64,000 nt of DNA from Escherichia phage vB_EcoM_JQD51, in sequence record PV204681; one strand, written 5' to 3'. Below, in pieces: positions 32,934-42,829 of the stretch. The translations under genes were made by a program, and so were the position numbers. Positions within the stretch are counted from its first letter, which is position 1; each line of letters opens with the position of its first letter. Under the pieces are notes generated by a model. That model did no database searches. It saw nothing but the letters and a program-made list of their open reading frames with translations, and was not told where the DNA came from.

Positions 32934-33881
32934 TTATTCTGCAAATAATTCAGTAACGTCTGAAATTACTTCATAACGACAAGTACGCATCTTAGCATCA
33001 CCATAGTCAACTGGGATAGATACAACATCACGTGGATGAACTTTAACCTTAACAACTTTATCTGAGCTTGAACCAAAGTGGCGAATATAAGATTTAGCAC
33101 AAACGTGGAGACCGCGAGAACAGGTTTGAGTATCATCGTCATTAACTCGAGTACGAGGCATTGAAACAACTTTACCTGGGGAGTTATCAAATGTACCACT
33201 ATAGCAGTCTAAATAGTCCTTACGAACTACTTTCCATGCATAGAAATACCCATCTTCAGTGATTTCAATATCATTTGCAACCAAGAAGTCGAATAAACGT
33301 TGTACAGCTTTTTCGCTCGGGTTTTCTAACAGGTTTTCAAGGAACGGCAGATAGAATTTAAAGTCTTCGCCTTTTTCCATGGAATCAATAATACGATTAA
33401 CCAGTCCTGAACGAATTTCTATACCTTGATAAAATAAACTACCACCTTCAATAGTAACATTACCATCAACAAACTTACTAATAGCTTTCTTGATGTTAAT
33501 AAGTTCGACAGCTTTACTAAGGTTTCCTGCGACCAGATTAGCTTTAATTTCTTCAAAATTTGCATGACTTGATGGGGTCGCATTGTATGCTACGCGTCCT
33601 TCAATAATTGAAATAAATTTAGATGACGCGTTCCATACGATTTCAGGACGATGTCCGCCGATAATAGGTTCATCATTTTCTGGAACTTCTTCGATTACAT
33701 AAGAGGCATCGTTTGCTTCAGGGACAACGCCTTCTGCTTTAAAATTCTTAACAATCTTACGAAGAGTATCTGTTGAAATGTCGAAGTAATCGGCAATTTC
33801 TTTACGAGTCCATTTGCCTGATTCAACCAGGCCGTAAGCTTCTAACTGTTCTTCTTGGGACAAGCATTTGATATTGTACAT
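32934..33881 (-). CDS. rIIB: rIIB membrane-associated protein
   Basis: 315 aa; MYNIKCL...; C-terminal region DDDTQTCSRGLHVC...VKVKVHPRDVVSIP as remembered for T4 rIIB. Confidence 0.9.
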   Translation of the reverse strand: MYNIKCLSQEEQLEAYGLVESGKWTRKEIADYFDISTDTLRKIVKNFKAEGVVPEANDASYVIEEVPENDEPIIGGHRPEIVWNASSKFISIIEGRVAYNATPSSHANFEEIKANLVAGNLSKAVELINIKKAISKFVDGNVTIEGGSLFYQGIEIRSGLVNRIIDSMEKGEDFKFYLPFLENLLENPSEKAVQRLFDFLVANDIEITEDGYFYAWKVVRKDYLDCYSGTFDNSPGKVVSMPRTRVNDDDTQTCSRGLHVCAKSYIRHFGSSSDKVVKVKVHPRDVVSIPVDYGDAKMRTCRYEVISDVTELFAE

Positions 33882-33890
33882 AATGTTTCC

Positions 33891-36104
33891 TTATTTGGCC
33901 GCTTCCACGGCCTTCATGAATTTAACGATTTGAGCGACCTGTTCTTTAGAAAGAGTACCACGTCGTCCCATGTATTCTGACACAATATGATAATTGGTTT
34001 CGAATTCAATAACCATTTTATCATCATTATCGTAAGCATTATCTTTAAGCTTATCGAAAATTTTAGCACACAATTCTAACTTCCTGTTCAGATCTCTGTT
34101 TTCAGCACCTGCGAATCGATTCCATCCCCAACGATTATTTACTGTTGAGAGTTTTGCAAAATCTTTACTGATTTCTTTGTTTTTAGAGCTAAAATACTTA
34201 CTAAGGAAGTTAAGCTCTTCATTACGAGTAATATGATTCAAATAAGGCTGTGCTCTACGACTTGGTGATACATACTCATCATAATCCACTTTATCGATTA
34301 GCGTAATATAGTCATTAATTGATTTTTCGAACAAGCATTCTACTTCACCAAGTTTACGAACTTTCTTAGCAATCTGTGGACGAACTACAGTGAACTCTTT
34401 AATACCTGACAAATCAGCAATACGGGTCAAGAAATTGGAGTCATAGTTCAACCAACCTTTATCTGCGTCAAGACATTCAGCATTAGAACGATTACGAACT
34501 ATAGCATAACCTTGGATTTCATCTGCTTCACTCGCTGGAATAAAGAGATCTTCTGATACCCAAACGTCGTTTTCATTCTTAAAGAATCGATGAGCACTTG
34601 GCGATTTAGGACGAGGCTCATTAGTCCGTTTCCTGACTTCAATCCATGGCTTAACGATTTGTAAAAGCTCTGAAGTCTTGTACATGTTAATGTTGTCGCC
34701 ATCAAAGATAACTTTAAGGCGTTCCAGAAGTTTCATTGCATCTTCGTCTGTAGGGTCAACGAATAGTACACTTTTACCAAAACCGCGTGGAACTTTACCA
34801 GTTAATTTAACCTCGTCTTTAGACATTTCAATTGAATTAAGAGCTCGCATTAATGGAACGCGTCCCTTAACGTCGTCAATAACGATTTCAACATTTTTAA
34901 TGTTAATGCCAATCAGGCTGTTAATTGAAATGGTCGATGATGAGCTACCACTTTCACGAATACGACGAAGACGAGGGGATTCAACGATATCATATACGAC
35001 GCCAAGATTACACCACTCAGGCCCCATTTTAAAACGTTTGTACAACTCAGAATAAGTTAGTTGTTCTTTAGAGTATTTCAGTGATTCAATATTAGACCCG
35101 GCCTTTTCCATGTATTTACGAGCGGTATATCCAAGAGAATCAATTTCGCGGAACACATGACGTGGGTATTTACAATCAATCCATTTCTTAGAATCTTCAG
35201 CGAACAATTTAGCATCGATTTCTGCAACGCGTTTATGGATATTTGCTACTGTACGTTTATCAAATGACAATGCTTCGCGAGACGGAGCAACATCTAGTTC
35301 ACCCATTGGGAATTTAATATAAGCTGTAGTGCATCGTGTCATCATCCATGTTTGTTCTTTAATAACACTTCCGATTGGATATACAATACCGCCATAAACA
35401 GCCATGATATTACCACGTTCACCCCATGGAGCTTCCTTGGCCAAATATACATCATCAAATTCTGGGAAGTATTTAATATCTTTAACACCACGAACTTCTG
35501 CAATATCGCCGAGAGGACGCATAACATAAGCAATTTCGGATGCGAACTTTTCAAAATCTTCTGGGTTAACAGGCACAACTACTTCAACGCCGGTCCGGTC
35601 ATCAGGACCCATCTTATCTACGAAGGTTGGCTTAATCTGTGGACCGCTGTCATCTTGATAAATTACATAACCACGAACTTCACCATTGTGATAAGACGTA
35701 AGGTTAAACGTATCGGTATATGCTAGTGGAGCTTTAGAACCGAGTCCGAATCCACCAATGAAATCGTTACTCGATGTTTTAGTTGAAGCAAAATATGAGT
35801 TATAGATTCCTGGCTCTTCGTCATTACCTCGAATGGTGAAATCGCTCATACCAGGACCAAAGTCTCGAACTACAAAACGTGGGTCTAAACGACCTGGAGC
35901 TTGAACAATAAACTTATCAGTGCAACCATTAAGAATTTGACCATCGATACAGTTTGTGATTAATTCACGTACACAAGCCAATTCTTTGTTTGTATAAAGG
36001 TCATTAGACAAAATCTTATAAACTTTGCTATTGCCTTGAATAGTAAATGCTGTGCTCTTACCGCCTGAACCAATAATCGTTTCTTTAGCCGTTTCAATAA
36101 TCAT
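33891..36104 (-). CDS. rIIA: rIIA protein
   Basis: 737 aa; adjacent to rIIB in conserved order. Confidence 0.95.
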   Translation of the reverse strand: MIIETAKETIIGSGGKSTAFTIQGNSKVYKILSNDLYTNKELACVRELITNCIDGQILNGCTDKFIVQAPGRLDPRFVVRDFGPGMSDFTIRGNDEEPGIYNSYFASTKTSSNDFIGGFGLGSKAPLAYTDTFNLTSYHNGEVRGYVIYQDDSGPQIKPTFVDKMGPDDRTGVEVVVPVNPEDFEKFASEIAYVMRPLGDIAEVRGVKDIKYFPEFDDVYLAKEAPWGERGNIMAVYGGIVYPIGSVIKEQTWMMTRCTTAYIKFPMGELDVAPSREALSFDKRTVANIHKRVAEIDAKLFAEDSKKWIDCKYPRHVFREIDSLGYTARKYMEKAGSNIESLKYSKEQLTYSELYKRFKMGPEWCNLGVVYDIVESPRLRRIRESGSSSSTISINSLIGINIKNVEIVIDDVKGRVPLMRALNSIEMSKDEVKLTGKVPRGFGKSVLFVDPTDEDAMKLLERLKVIFDGDNINMYKTSELLQIVKPWIEVRKRTNEPRPKSPSAHRFFKNENDVWVSEDLFIPASEADEIQGYAIVRNRSNAECLDADKGWLNYDSNFLTRIADLSGIKEFTVVRPQIAKKVRKLGEVECLFEKSINDYITLIDKVDYDEYVSPSRRAQPYLNHITRNEELNFLSKYFSSKNKEISKDFAKLSTVNNRWGWNRFAGAENRDLNRKLELCAKIFDKLKDNAYDNDDKMVIEFETNYHIVSEYMGRRGTLSKEQVAQIVKFMKAVEAAK

Positions 36105-36116
36105 ATTTTTCTCTCA

Positions 36117-36317
36117 TCACAAGTTACGTTTAAAAATTTCTGCTACTTCAAGAAGTTCTTCTTTAGTAGCTGTATCGGTTTGTATTTTATATCGAATTTC
36201 CTTAAAGCGTTCTTTAAAGGACTCTGCTGACTCGATATCAAAAAATCTTTGGATAAGCCGGAATTCCCGGAGCACCGCTTTATCAAAAAGTTCCAAGTCC
36301 ACGTTATATGTTCTCAT
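36117..36317 (-). CDS. hypothetical protein (66 aa), rIIA.1 position
   Basis: ORF track. Confidence 0.45.
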   Translation of the reverse strand: MRTYNVDLELFDKAVLREFRLIQRFFDIESAESFKERFKEIRYKIQTDTATKEELLEVAEIFKRNL

Positions 36318-36409
36318 AATATTCTCTTCAGTAGATTCCTAGGGCACTATTACTAAAGACCATATAATCTATCATCTTATGTGTAATAGTGCCTCAGGCG
36401 ATTCAGGAT

Positions 36410-37510
36410 TTACGCTGTGAAGATTTTATCCCACATCGCAACAACTGCATCTCGGTTATACTTCTTCCATACTGCTTCAGCACGTTTAACTCGAGCTTCG
36501 TATGTGTCAGTGAATTCTAATACAGCTTTTGTGTAAAGCGCAACTACTTCTTTCTTAGGAGTAGAGGAATCAATTTCTACACGCACAGTATCTGGGTCGT
36601 ATTCGAATGTCGCATGAGGATAATCCTTAAAAACTAACTGGATTACAGGGACACCTTTAGAGATGGCTTCAATAGAACTATTCTCTACAGTACCTGTGTC
36701 AGGACACGTATTAATAAGCGCTTTAGCTGTTTTAAGACGTTCCATGATTTCACTGTGTGGAGCATCAATAATAACAGGATATTTAGCTGGTGGTGCCCAT
36801 TTACTAGGACAGTATCCTACACCATTTTCGCCTAGTGCTTTAATCGCTTCAAGAGCAACATCAGTACGACGCATTTTAGTGTCATAACGTTGTGCACTAA
36901 TAATCAGATCAGTCGCCGGAAGAACTTCATGTTTCTCATTCAAACAAATAACCGGATAATCTTCGGCTTCAAACAACGGATTTGCTCGCCAATAATCATA
37001 ATCAATTTTGTCAGTCAGACCTGAAGTCATATAACAATATTTGCGTTCAAATTCACGGAAGGCTTTAGTAGGAGCATAACTCTTACCACCATTCTTATGA
37101 ATTTGAATAGTCTGGTCCCAAATTTGAACAATGCCACGAGATACTGGTTCAAATGGTGTTGCCATAAAATTCTTATGAACTTTAGAGAGACCTGCGTCTT
37201 TAATTGCCTGAACGGTTAGTTTAGTCGGTTCCATAGTAACAACAAAATCGTATTCATGGATGCCGGCTAGTTCAACAATCTTACGAGCCATAGTATAACT
37301 CATACCTAGACTGAATTTAGTCAGATGACCAACAGGATGATGATTAACTTTCCAATCACCAAATGTGTCATTATCAAAGCCGATATAATCAATATCAGCA
37401 CCGATGGACACAAGATATTTCAACACATTTAAATGTACTGCTTCAAGGCCACCTTGTACACGGTCAGGATTAAATGGGACTGCACGAGATGGGATAAACA
37501 TAACTTTCAT
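36410..37510 (-). CDS. GT-B fold glycosyltransferase (candidate DNA sugar transferase)
   Basis: 366 aa; N-terminal MKVMFIPSRAVPF...GGLEAVHLNVLKYL and C-terminal TGTVENSSIEAISKGVPVIQ resembling the GT4 E-x7-E donor-binding region; occupies the T4 gene 60/mobA slot. Confidence 0.6.
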   Translation of the reverse strand: MKVMFIPSRAVPFNPDRVQGGLEAVHLNVLKYLVSIGADIDYIGFDNDTFGDWKVNHHPVGHLTKFSLGMSYTMARKIVELAGIHEYDFVVTMEPTKLTVQAIKDAGLSKVHKNFMATPFEPVSRGIVQIWDQTIQIHKNGGKSYAPTKAFREFERKYCYMTSGLTDKIDYDYWRANPLFEAEDYPVICLNEKHEVLPATDLIISAQRYDTKMRRTDVALEAIKALGENGVGYCPSKWAPPAKYPVIIDAPHSEIMERLKTAKALINTCPDTGTVENSSIEAISKGVPVIQLVFKDYPHATFEYDPDTVRVEIDSSTPKKEVVALYTKAVLEFTDTYEARVKRAEAVWKKYNRDAVVAMWDKIFTA

Positions 37511-37514
37511 AATT

Positions 37515-37554
37515 AAGCCTTATTAAAATTAAAATGAAGCTCCCGAAGGAGCTT
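37515..37554 (-). terminator. terminator-like hairpin after gene 39
   Basis: Minus-strand AAGCUCC-UUCG-GGAGCUU then CATTTTAATTTT; overlaps gene 39 stop. Confidence 0.5.
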
Positions 37555-39370
37555 AGGACATCCATTCTTTACGAAGTTCAGAATCATCACCCAACAACAT
37601 TTCAAAGAGTTCTTTCCAATTTTCAGGAAGTTTAACTACGTCGTACACAGGGTTCTGAATCATTTCACGATATTCTGACTTTTCAAGGGAGCCCAATCCC
37701 TTGATGTATCGAATACTATGCTTAGGCAGTGTATCTTTAGCTTCTTCATACTCAGCTACAGTATAAAACCATTTTTGAGTTTTGCCAATTTGTGCAATAA
37801 TTACAGGCGTTTTAACAAAGCGAATACGTCCTTGTTCAAACAATTCAGGCCAATTACTAAAGAAAGCAAGCAAAGCCGGATAAATACTTCCAAGACCGTC
37901 ATGATCAGCATCGGTCATAATTGCAATATTACGATAGTTCGTGTTCTCTGCCTTTTCACCAAGAATAAGACCTGTGATAGCACAGATATCAAAGAGCTCT
38001 TTGTTCTTCATCATATCAGCATATGACATACCCCAGCTATTCATCACCTTACCACGTAATGGGAATCCGCCGTGTAGTTCACGGTCACGAACATCAATGA
38101 GATAACCAATTGCCGAATCACCTTCTGTTAAGAACAATGTCGTATCTGCATCTTTACCACATTGGTTAGCTTTAATATGCTTATGAACCTTAGCTTTAGT
38201 TGCCTTTTTAGCTGCTTTAGTTTCTGCAGCCTTTTCTGCGGCCAATTTACGAGCTAATGCTGCTTCAACAATAGGCATAATCAAGGCTTCGTTTTTAAGA
38301 AGTGCCTGAGCAATTTTCTTAGCATCTAATTGGATATGATTACGAATATCACCATACGTTGACGTTAAACGTTCTTTAGTCTGAGAATCAAAACGCATGT
38401 TGCTCATGTCTCTAATAAACATCAACATTGTGAGACATTCTTTAACACGAGCTTTAGTGACTTCAATACCCTTATATTTCTTTTTAATGCCGGGCAAAAG
38501 ATGTTCGCAGATATCATCCATTACACATTCAACATGATGACCACCATTTTTAGTATGAATGTTATTCACATAAGTTAAATGACGGAAGCCGTCTGGTGAT
38601 GTTGTGAATGCTATAGAGACTTTATCATTTTCTTGAATGATGTTATCTTCACCAAATTGTTTAGCAAATCGTTTAAAATTACCATCAACCTTTTTACCAT
38701 TAAATGTGAACTTGATATCAGGATAAACGACTGCCAATGTTTGAAGTCGGTCTAAAGTAATATCTAAATAAATTTGAGATAAATTATGCTCTTCAAATGA
38801 AGAGAAATCAGGAGTGAAGATTACTTTAGTGCCTTTACCTTTAGATTTCTTAGAAGACCATGATTTGTTTTCCATTCCGTTTGAACAGTTAACAGTGATT
38901 TCATTTTCGCCATCTGACGTGATGCCTGTAAACAACGTAGAGAAGATATTAGTTAAACTACTCCCGACGCCGTTCATACCACCAGTCTTGCGTTCAGAGT
39001 CATCACCAAAGTTACCACCAGCCTTTGGAATAGTCCAGGCTGCTACAGGCCCAGGAATTTGTTCACCTGTTTGGTCGGTAACTAAACCTTGAGGAATACC
39101 ACGTCCGTTATCTTCCACTGAGACTTGATTATTTTTAATTTGCACATCAATTTTATTTGCAAACTTAAATGATGTACGAATAGCTTCATCAACCGAGTTG
39201 TCAATAATCTCATCGATTAATTTAACCAGACCAGGAACATATTCAACTTGTTGATATTTACCAAACAAAAAACGCTCGTGGGCTTCTTTAGCCGAAGATC
39301 CAATATACATACCACTACGTTTCTTAATATGTTCTACATCTGATAATACCTTAATTTCATTTTTAATCAT
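37553..39370 (-). CDS. 39: topoisomerase II large subunit gp39 (GyrB-like), unsplit 39+60 form
   Basis: 605 aa single ORF; GHKL ATPase motif EDNGRGIP; Toprim LTEGDSA; middle promoter upstream. Confidence 0.9.
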   Translation of the reverse strand: MIKNEIKVLSDVEHIKKRSGMYIGSSAKEAHERFLFGKYQQVEYVPGLVKLIDEIIDNSVDEAIRTSFKFANKIDVQIKNNQVSVEDNGRGIPQGLVTDQTGEQIPGPVAAWTIPKAGGNFGDDSERKTGGMNGVGSSLTNIFSTLFTGITSDGENEITVNCSNGMENKSWSSKKSKGKGTKVIFTPDFSSFEEHNLSQIYLDITLDRLQTLAVVYPDIKFTFNGKKVDGNFKRFAKQFGEDNIIQENDKVSIAFTTSPDGFRHLTYVNNIHTKNGGHHVECVMDDICEHLLPGIKKKYKGIEVTKARVKECLTMLMFIRDMSNMRFDSQTKERLTSTYGDIRNHIQLDAKKIAQALLKNEALIMPIVEAALARKLAAEKAAETKAAKKATKAKVHKHIKANQCGKDADTTLFLTEGDSAIGYLIDVRDRELHGGFPLRGKVMNSWGMSYADMMKNKELFDICAITGLILGEKAENTNYRNIAIMTDADHDGLGSIYPALLAFFSNWPELFEQGRIRFVKTPVIIAQIGKTQKWFYTVAEYEEAKDTLPKHSIRYIKGLGSLEKSEYREMIQNPVYDVVKLPENWKELFEMLLGDDSELRKEWMS

Positions 39371-39392
39371 GTTGTCTCCTCGTTATGAAGGT

Positions 39393-39419
39393 ATTCTATC
39401 ATCCGAAATCTAAAGCAAA
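39393..39419 (-). promoter_or_regulatory. MotA-dependent middle promoter for gene 39
   Basis: Minus strand reads TTTGCTTTA (MotA box), 12 nt spacer, TAGAAT. Confidence 0.5.
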
Positions 39420-39435
39420 AAGGGCCGAAGCCCTT
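39405..39435 (-). terminator. terminator-like hairpin upstream of gene 39, overlapping its MotA box
   Basis: Minus-strand AAGGGC-UUCG-GCCCUU then TTTTTGCTTT. Confidence 0.5.
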
Positions 39436-39859
39436 ATTTAAATTTAATTTTCTGAAGTGCATCAATTGCAGCCAAACGCCCTTGTTCACTTTTAACTGTA
39501 ATGACCACATCGCCTGATACGATCACCGAACCGTCAACAAATTCTACAGAGCCTTTTTTGAAATCGACAGCTGTATCTGGTTCTTGAACTTCTTCAAAGA
39601 ATTTAAATTCTGCACCATAAAGCAGAATATCACCTTGCATACTATGAATAGTTCGGCCATAATCGCCTACAGCTTCTACAGCAATCACAGAAACGCCGTA
39701 ACCAATCATCTCTTCCACAATAAAATCTTTGGACAATAAAGTAGTATGCAGATTAGTATTAAGACGTTTACCAGTCGTATTAAGAATTCTCAAGAAATTA
39801 TCTTCCTGTCCTTTGATAATACGATATTTCTTACCAACTTCAAAACCTTTAAAAGCCAT
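39434..39859 (-). CDS. hypothetical protein (141 aa)
   Basis: ORF track; AAGGG SD. Confidence 0.5.
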   Translation of the reverse strand: MAFKGFEVGKKYRIIKGQEDNFLRILNTTGKRLNTNLHTTLLSKDFIVEEMIGYGVSVIAVEAVGDYGRTIHSMQGDILLYGAEFKFFEEVQEPDTAVDFKKGSVEFVDGSVIVSGDVVITVKSEQGRLAAIDALQKIKFK

Positions 39860-39861
39860 AA

Positions 39862-40041
39862 TTAACCCTTCTTAAGTAAGTCGTAAAAACCACCGTTCAC
39901 ATGTTTAGGAGCAGAAACTCGACGAGTAGACAGACGATGACATTCAGGGCAAACATCGTTTTCTCGTTCAGAAATCCTTTTAATTTTTTCATATTCATGA
40001 CCGCAATCTTCAGATTGGCATTTATAGTCGTATAACGGCAT
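39862..40041 (-). CDS. FmdB-family zinc-ribbon protein (59 aa)
   Basis: Hand-read (below ORF-track cutoff): MPLYDYKCQSEDCGHEYEKIKRISERENDVCPECHRLSTRRVSAPKHVNGGFYDLLKKG; CxxC...CxxC; TAAGGAA SD; fits exactly between two tracked ORFs. Confidence 0.5.
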   Translation of the reverse strand: MPLYDYKCQSEDCGHEYEKIKRISERENDVCPECHRLSTRRVSAPKHVNGGFYDLLKKG

Positions 40042-40043
40042 TA

Positions 40044-40454
40044 TTATTCCTTAAAATGTGCTTTCAGCATTTGATACAAAGACCATGCCTGGTCATTATT
40101 TTCGATAGTAATCGTCATCACAGGAAATTCAGACAATTCACCAAGTTCACCAGAATCTTGCTCTTCAGACGCTTGATATGGATTTTCAACTTCGTCAAAG
40201 AACTCTGCTTCATTCGTGGAGAGCCAGATAAAGTTTTCATCAAGGATATCACCGCCTGTTGCGTATCCAACCGTGCCAGTAGATGTTAAAATTTTAGTAG
40301 GACGTCCGAGATGGTCAACATCTAAAATTTTAAAAGGTTCCATGCCAAGACGTCGTGCATAAATCCCATTAACAGTGTGGTCTTTAATAAACTCTTCTTG
40401 GGCACGTTTATCTATAAATTGGTACCATGAGTTAACGCGGAATTTATTAGCCAT
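40044..40454 (-). CDS. hypothetical protein (136 aa)
   Basis: Track ORF (TTG start) trimmed to [11 protein letters not shown]... with GGAAGGAAA SD. Confidence 0.5.
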   Translation of the reverse strand: MANKFRVNSWYQFIDKRAQEEFIKDHTVNGIYARRLGMEPFKILDVDHLGRPTKILTSTGTVGYATGGDILDENFIWLSTNEAEFFDEVENPYQASEEQDSGELGELSEFPVMTITIENNDQAWSLYQMLKAHFKE

Positions 40455-40681
40455 TAGTAAGTTTCCTTCCAATAAGTTGTACCATTTTCAGTGATTTCAC
40501 GGAAGATGCCATAGATAGGCATTTCATCACCAAGTTTTTCGTAAACGTAAACCACTTCGGTGTAGCATAAAAATTCGGTCCAGTTTTTCTGTACAACAAC
40601 TAAATCAGGATTAAACAGAACATCTTCAAACTCATCGATGTTTGAATCAGTAGTTACGTTTTTAATGATTTGACGTTTCAT
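40454..40681 (-). CDS. hypothetical protein (75 aa)
   Basis: Track ORF trimmed to internal ATG with GAGGAGA SD, because a promoter lies inside the longer ORF. Confidence 0.4.
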   Translation of the reverse strand: MKRQIIKNVTTDSNIDEFEDVLFNPDLVVVQKNWTEFLCYTEVVYVYEKLGDEMPIYGIFREITENGTTYWKETY

Positions 40682-40738
40682 AATATTCTCCTCTTGTTTT
40701 GATAAGTCTATAGTATCATAGACCATAGTTGTTGTACA

Positions 40739-41263
40739 TCATTTTAGCAAAATAAAATCAACTTGTTCTGCCAATGAACGTCTAAACATTAATTGACAAC
40801 TTCCGAGGATGAAATCAGGTGCTTCATAGACCGCGATGTAGTATCCTTTAGCTTTCAAGAGTTCAACATCCACCTGGTCATCAAACCATGCATAAACCGC
40901 GTCAACGCTTTCAAATCCAAAATAGAACCCTTGAGCCCAATCTTCACTCAATTCAAATGTGTACTCAATTCTATGGTATCTTAAGATATTTTGTTCAAGA
41001 AGTTTGTCTTCATTTACTGTAGGACGATTAGGGACATTATAGTTGTCGCCGTGATGGTAGAAGTTACCTGAGAGTATTCCATGCTTATCAAGGAACTCCC
41101 ATGTTTCTTCAGAGTTGTCAGTGCCAGACCAACCGTAAGGTGAGCGAGGTTCTTTATTCCAAGAGGTTTCCCAAATTCTGACGGCTTTACCATCTTCGAT
41201 AGCAATTCCTGGTAATGATTCACGTTGAGTACAAAAACTACGTTCTACTCGGTAAACTAACAT
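40739..41263 (-). CDS. hypothetical protein (174 aa)
   Basis: ORF track; GAGGAGA SD; early promoter upstream. Confidence 0.5.
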   Translation of the reverse strand: MLVYRVERSFCTQRESLPGIAIEDGKAVRIWETSWNKEPRSPYGWSGTDNSEETWEFLDKHGILSGNFYHHGDNYNVPNRPTVNEDKLLEQNILRYHRIEYTFELSEDWAQGFYFGFESVDAVYAWFDDQVDVELLKAKGYYIAVYEAPDFILGSCQLMFRRSLAEQVDFILLK

Positions 41264-41322
41264 ATTATTCTCCTCTGGTTGATATGGTTATAATATCAAA
41301 ACCAGAGGAGAAGTAAACAACT

Positions 41323-41742
41323 TTATGCGAAAGCAGCTGGGCTATATTTTTTAATTTGGAATTCAGGAACTACCATGAACTGACCAGCGAAAACGATGTT
41401 ATAAAGCTTAACACCATCTTCTACCCAACGGTCGCTAATAAATCCGGCGATTTGCTTAGTTTTCCATGGCGTTCCATCAGTTGCCGCAGCAATAGTGAAT
41501 TCATGGTCTTTTTCAACAGAAACTGATCTGCATAGTCCCCATTTGAACGCTTTTTCTTCTGGCTCAATGAACTGGCTTGAGACGTAGCCAATATTACCAT
41601 TAGCATCACGAACTTTAACTTGGTTACGACCAAAAACCGGATCACTCACAGAAAGAACTTCAACCAACTTCCCGGCAACTTTAGAGCGAGAAGCAACAGA
41701 TACATATACGTAATCACCTGTAGAGAGATTTACAATATTCAT
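41323..41742 (-). CDS. hypothetical protein, paralog family member 1 (139 aa)
   Basis: C-terminal GFISDRWVEDGVKLYNIVFAGQFMVV shared with the next two ORFs; TAAGGAA SD. Confidence 0.55.
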   Translation of the reverse strand: MNIVNLSTGDYVYVSVASRSKVAGKLVEVLSVSDPVFGRNQVKVRDANGNIGYVSSQFIEPEEKAFKWGLCRSVSVEKDHEFTIAAATDGTPWKTKQIAGFISDRWVEDGVKLYNIVFAGQFMVVPEFQIKKYSPAAFA

Positions 41743-41751
41743 AATAATTCC

Positions 41752-42207
41752 TTAAGCTTTACGAGGAGACACATAGCGAGTGATTTCGGATTCTTTAACA
41801 ACTCGGAAGTCACCTAAGAATACGATATTGTATAACTTTTCACCATCTTCAACCCATTGGTCACTGATGAAGCCGCACATAATATCAGTTTTGTTTGGAT
41901 AACCATATTCGTCGATGAAATCAAATTCTTTATCAGTCCGGAATTCAACGCCTTTGCAAAGGGCCCATTTGAACTGTACATTAGGTTCAGTAGAAGCAAA
42001 ATGAGCGCTCACATGAGTTTCCAAGAATTTAGGACTTACGTAAGCGTACTGAGTTTCAGTTTTTCCAGAACTAGGAATGATTCGAACTTTAACTTCTTTA
42101 ACACGTCCAGTACCATTAGTACGAAGTCCTACCACTTCAACTAGACGACCTGCAGCTTTAGAACGAGATGCAGACGATACACGCTTAATTTCACCAATAG
42201 TAATCAT
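41752..42207 (-). CDS. hypothetical protein, paralog family member 2 (151 aa)
   Basis: Track ORF trimmed to MITIGEIKRVSSASRSKAAG (aligns with paralog 1 N-terminus); C-terminal GFISDQWVEDGEKLYNIVFLGDFRVV. Confidence 0.55.
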   Translation of the reverse strand: MITIGEIKRVSSASRSKAAGRLVEVVGLRTNGTGRVKEVKVRIIPSSGKTETQYAYVSPKFLETHVSAHFASTEPNVQFKWALCKGVEFRTDKEFDFIDEYGYPNKTDIMCGFISDQWVEDGEKLYNIVFLGDFRVVKESEITRYVSPRKA

Positions 42208-42237
42208 AATTTCTCTCTCTTTGTTTAAATTGAATTC

Positions 42238-42267
42238 ATTATACTCCATCCATCCTTGGATGTACAA
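42238..42267 (-). promoter_or_regulatory. early promoter upstream of paralog 2
   Basis: Plus strand attata -N18- gtacaa. Confidence 0.4.
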
Positions 42268-42269
42268 CA

Positions 42270-42764
42270 TTAATTAAGGATATTAACCACAGCACTACGT
42301 GGAACTACACTAAAATCACCTGCATGAACAACGTTCAGAAGTTCAACACCGTCTTCAATCCACTGATCAGTTACCCATCCATTTACTGGACCTGCGAACG
42401 GACGTCGAATTGAAACATATTTACACAACAAATCAGTAGGCTCAATAGGCTTAATCAGAGTACCGTACATACAAGCGATATCCATATCAATACAGATATC
42501 TTTAACGGGTTCTACTTCTTCAATCAACAGTTCAAAGTCGGTGCTTGGAAGGGCGGTAGTAGAAATTGTACCATATGAATTTTTAATTTCTAAGAATAAC
42601 CAAGGGCCTTCAACTTGTTTGATGAAGTTAACAATAGTGAAACTATTACCTTGAGTGGCACCTAAAATTTCACAAAACTTTTCATAAGCTCGCACTGAAG
42701 CACCATACCAGTTGATTTGTTTTTCATCTTTCAGGATGTAAGTAGCCGTTGTATTGATATTCAT
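42270..42764 (-). CDS. hypothetical protein, paralog family member 3 (164 aa)
   Basis: Track ORF trimmed to internal ATG downstream of its promoter; C-terminal GWVTDQWIEDGVELLNVVHAGDFSVV. Confidence 0.55.
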   Translation of the reverse strand: MNINTTATYILKDEKQINWYGASVRAYEKFCEILGATQGNSFTIVNFIKQVEGPWLFLEIKNSYGTISTTALPSTDFELLIEEVEPVKDICIDMDIACMYGTLIKPIEPTDLLCKYVSIRRPFAGPVNGWVTDQWIEDGVELLNVVHAGDFSVVPRSAVVNILN

Positions 42765-42794
42765 AATGTTTTCCTGTTTGGTTAAGATAGAAAG

Positions 42795-42824
42795 ATTATA
42801 CTCCAACCATCCTTGGTTGTAAAC
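42795..42824 (-). promoter_or_regulatory. early promoter upstream of paralog 3
   Basis: Plus strand attata -N18- gtaaac. Confidence 0.45.
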
Positions 42825-42829
42825 TGGTT

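Noticed and set aside
37553-39370. Gene 60-style split topoisomerase with translational bypass
   Set aside because: Gene 39 is a single 605-aa ORF with both ATPase and Toprim regions; no separate gene 60 or bypass element is present.
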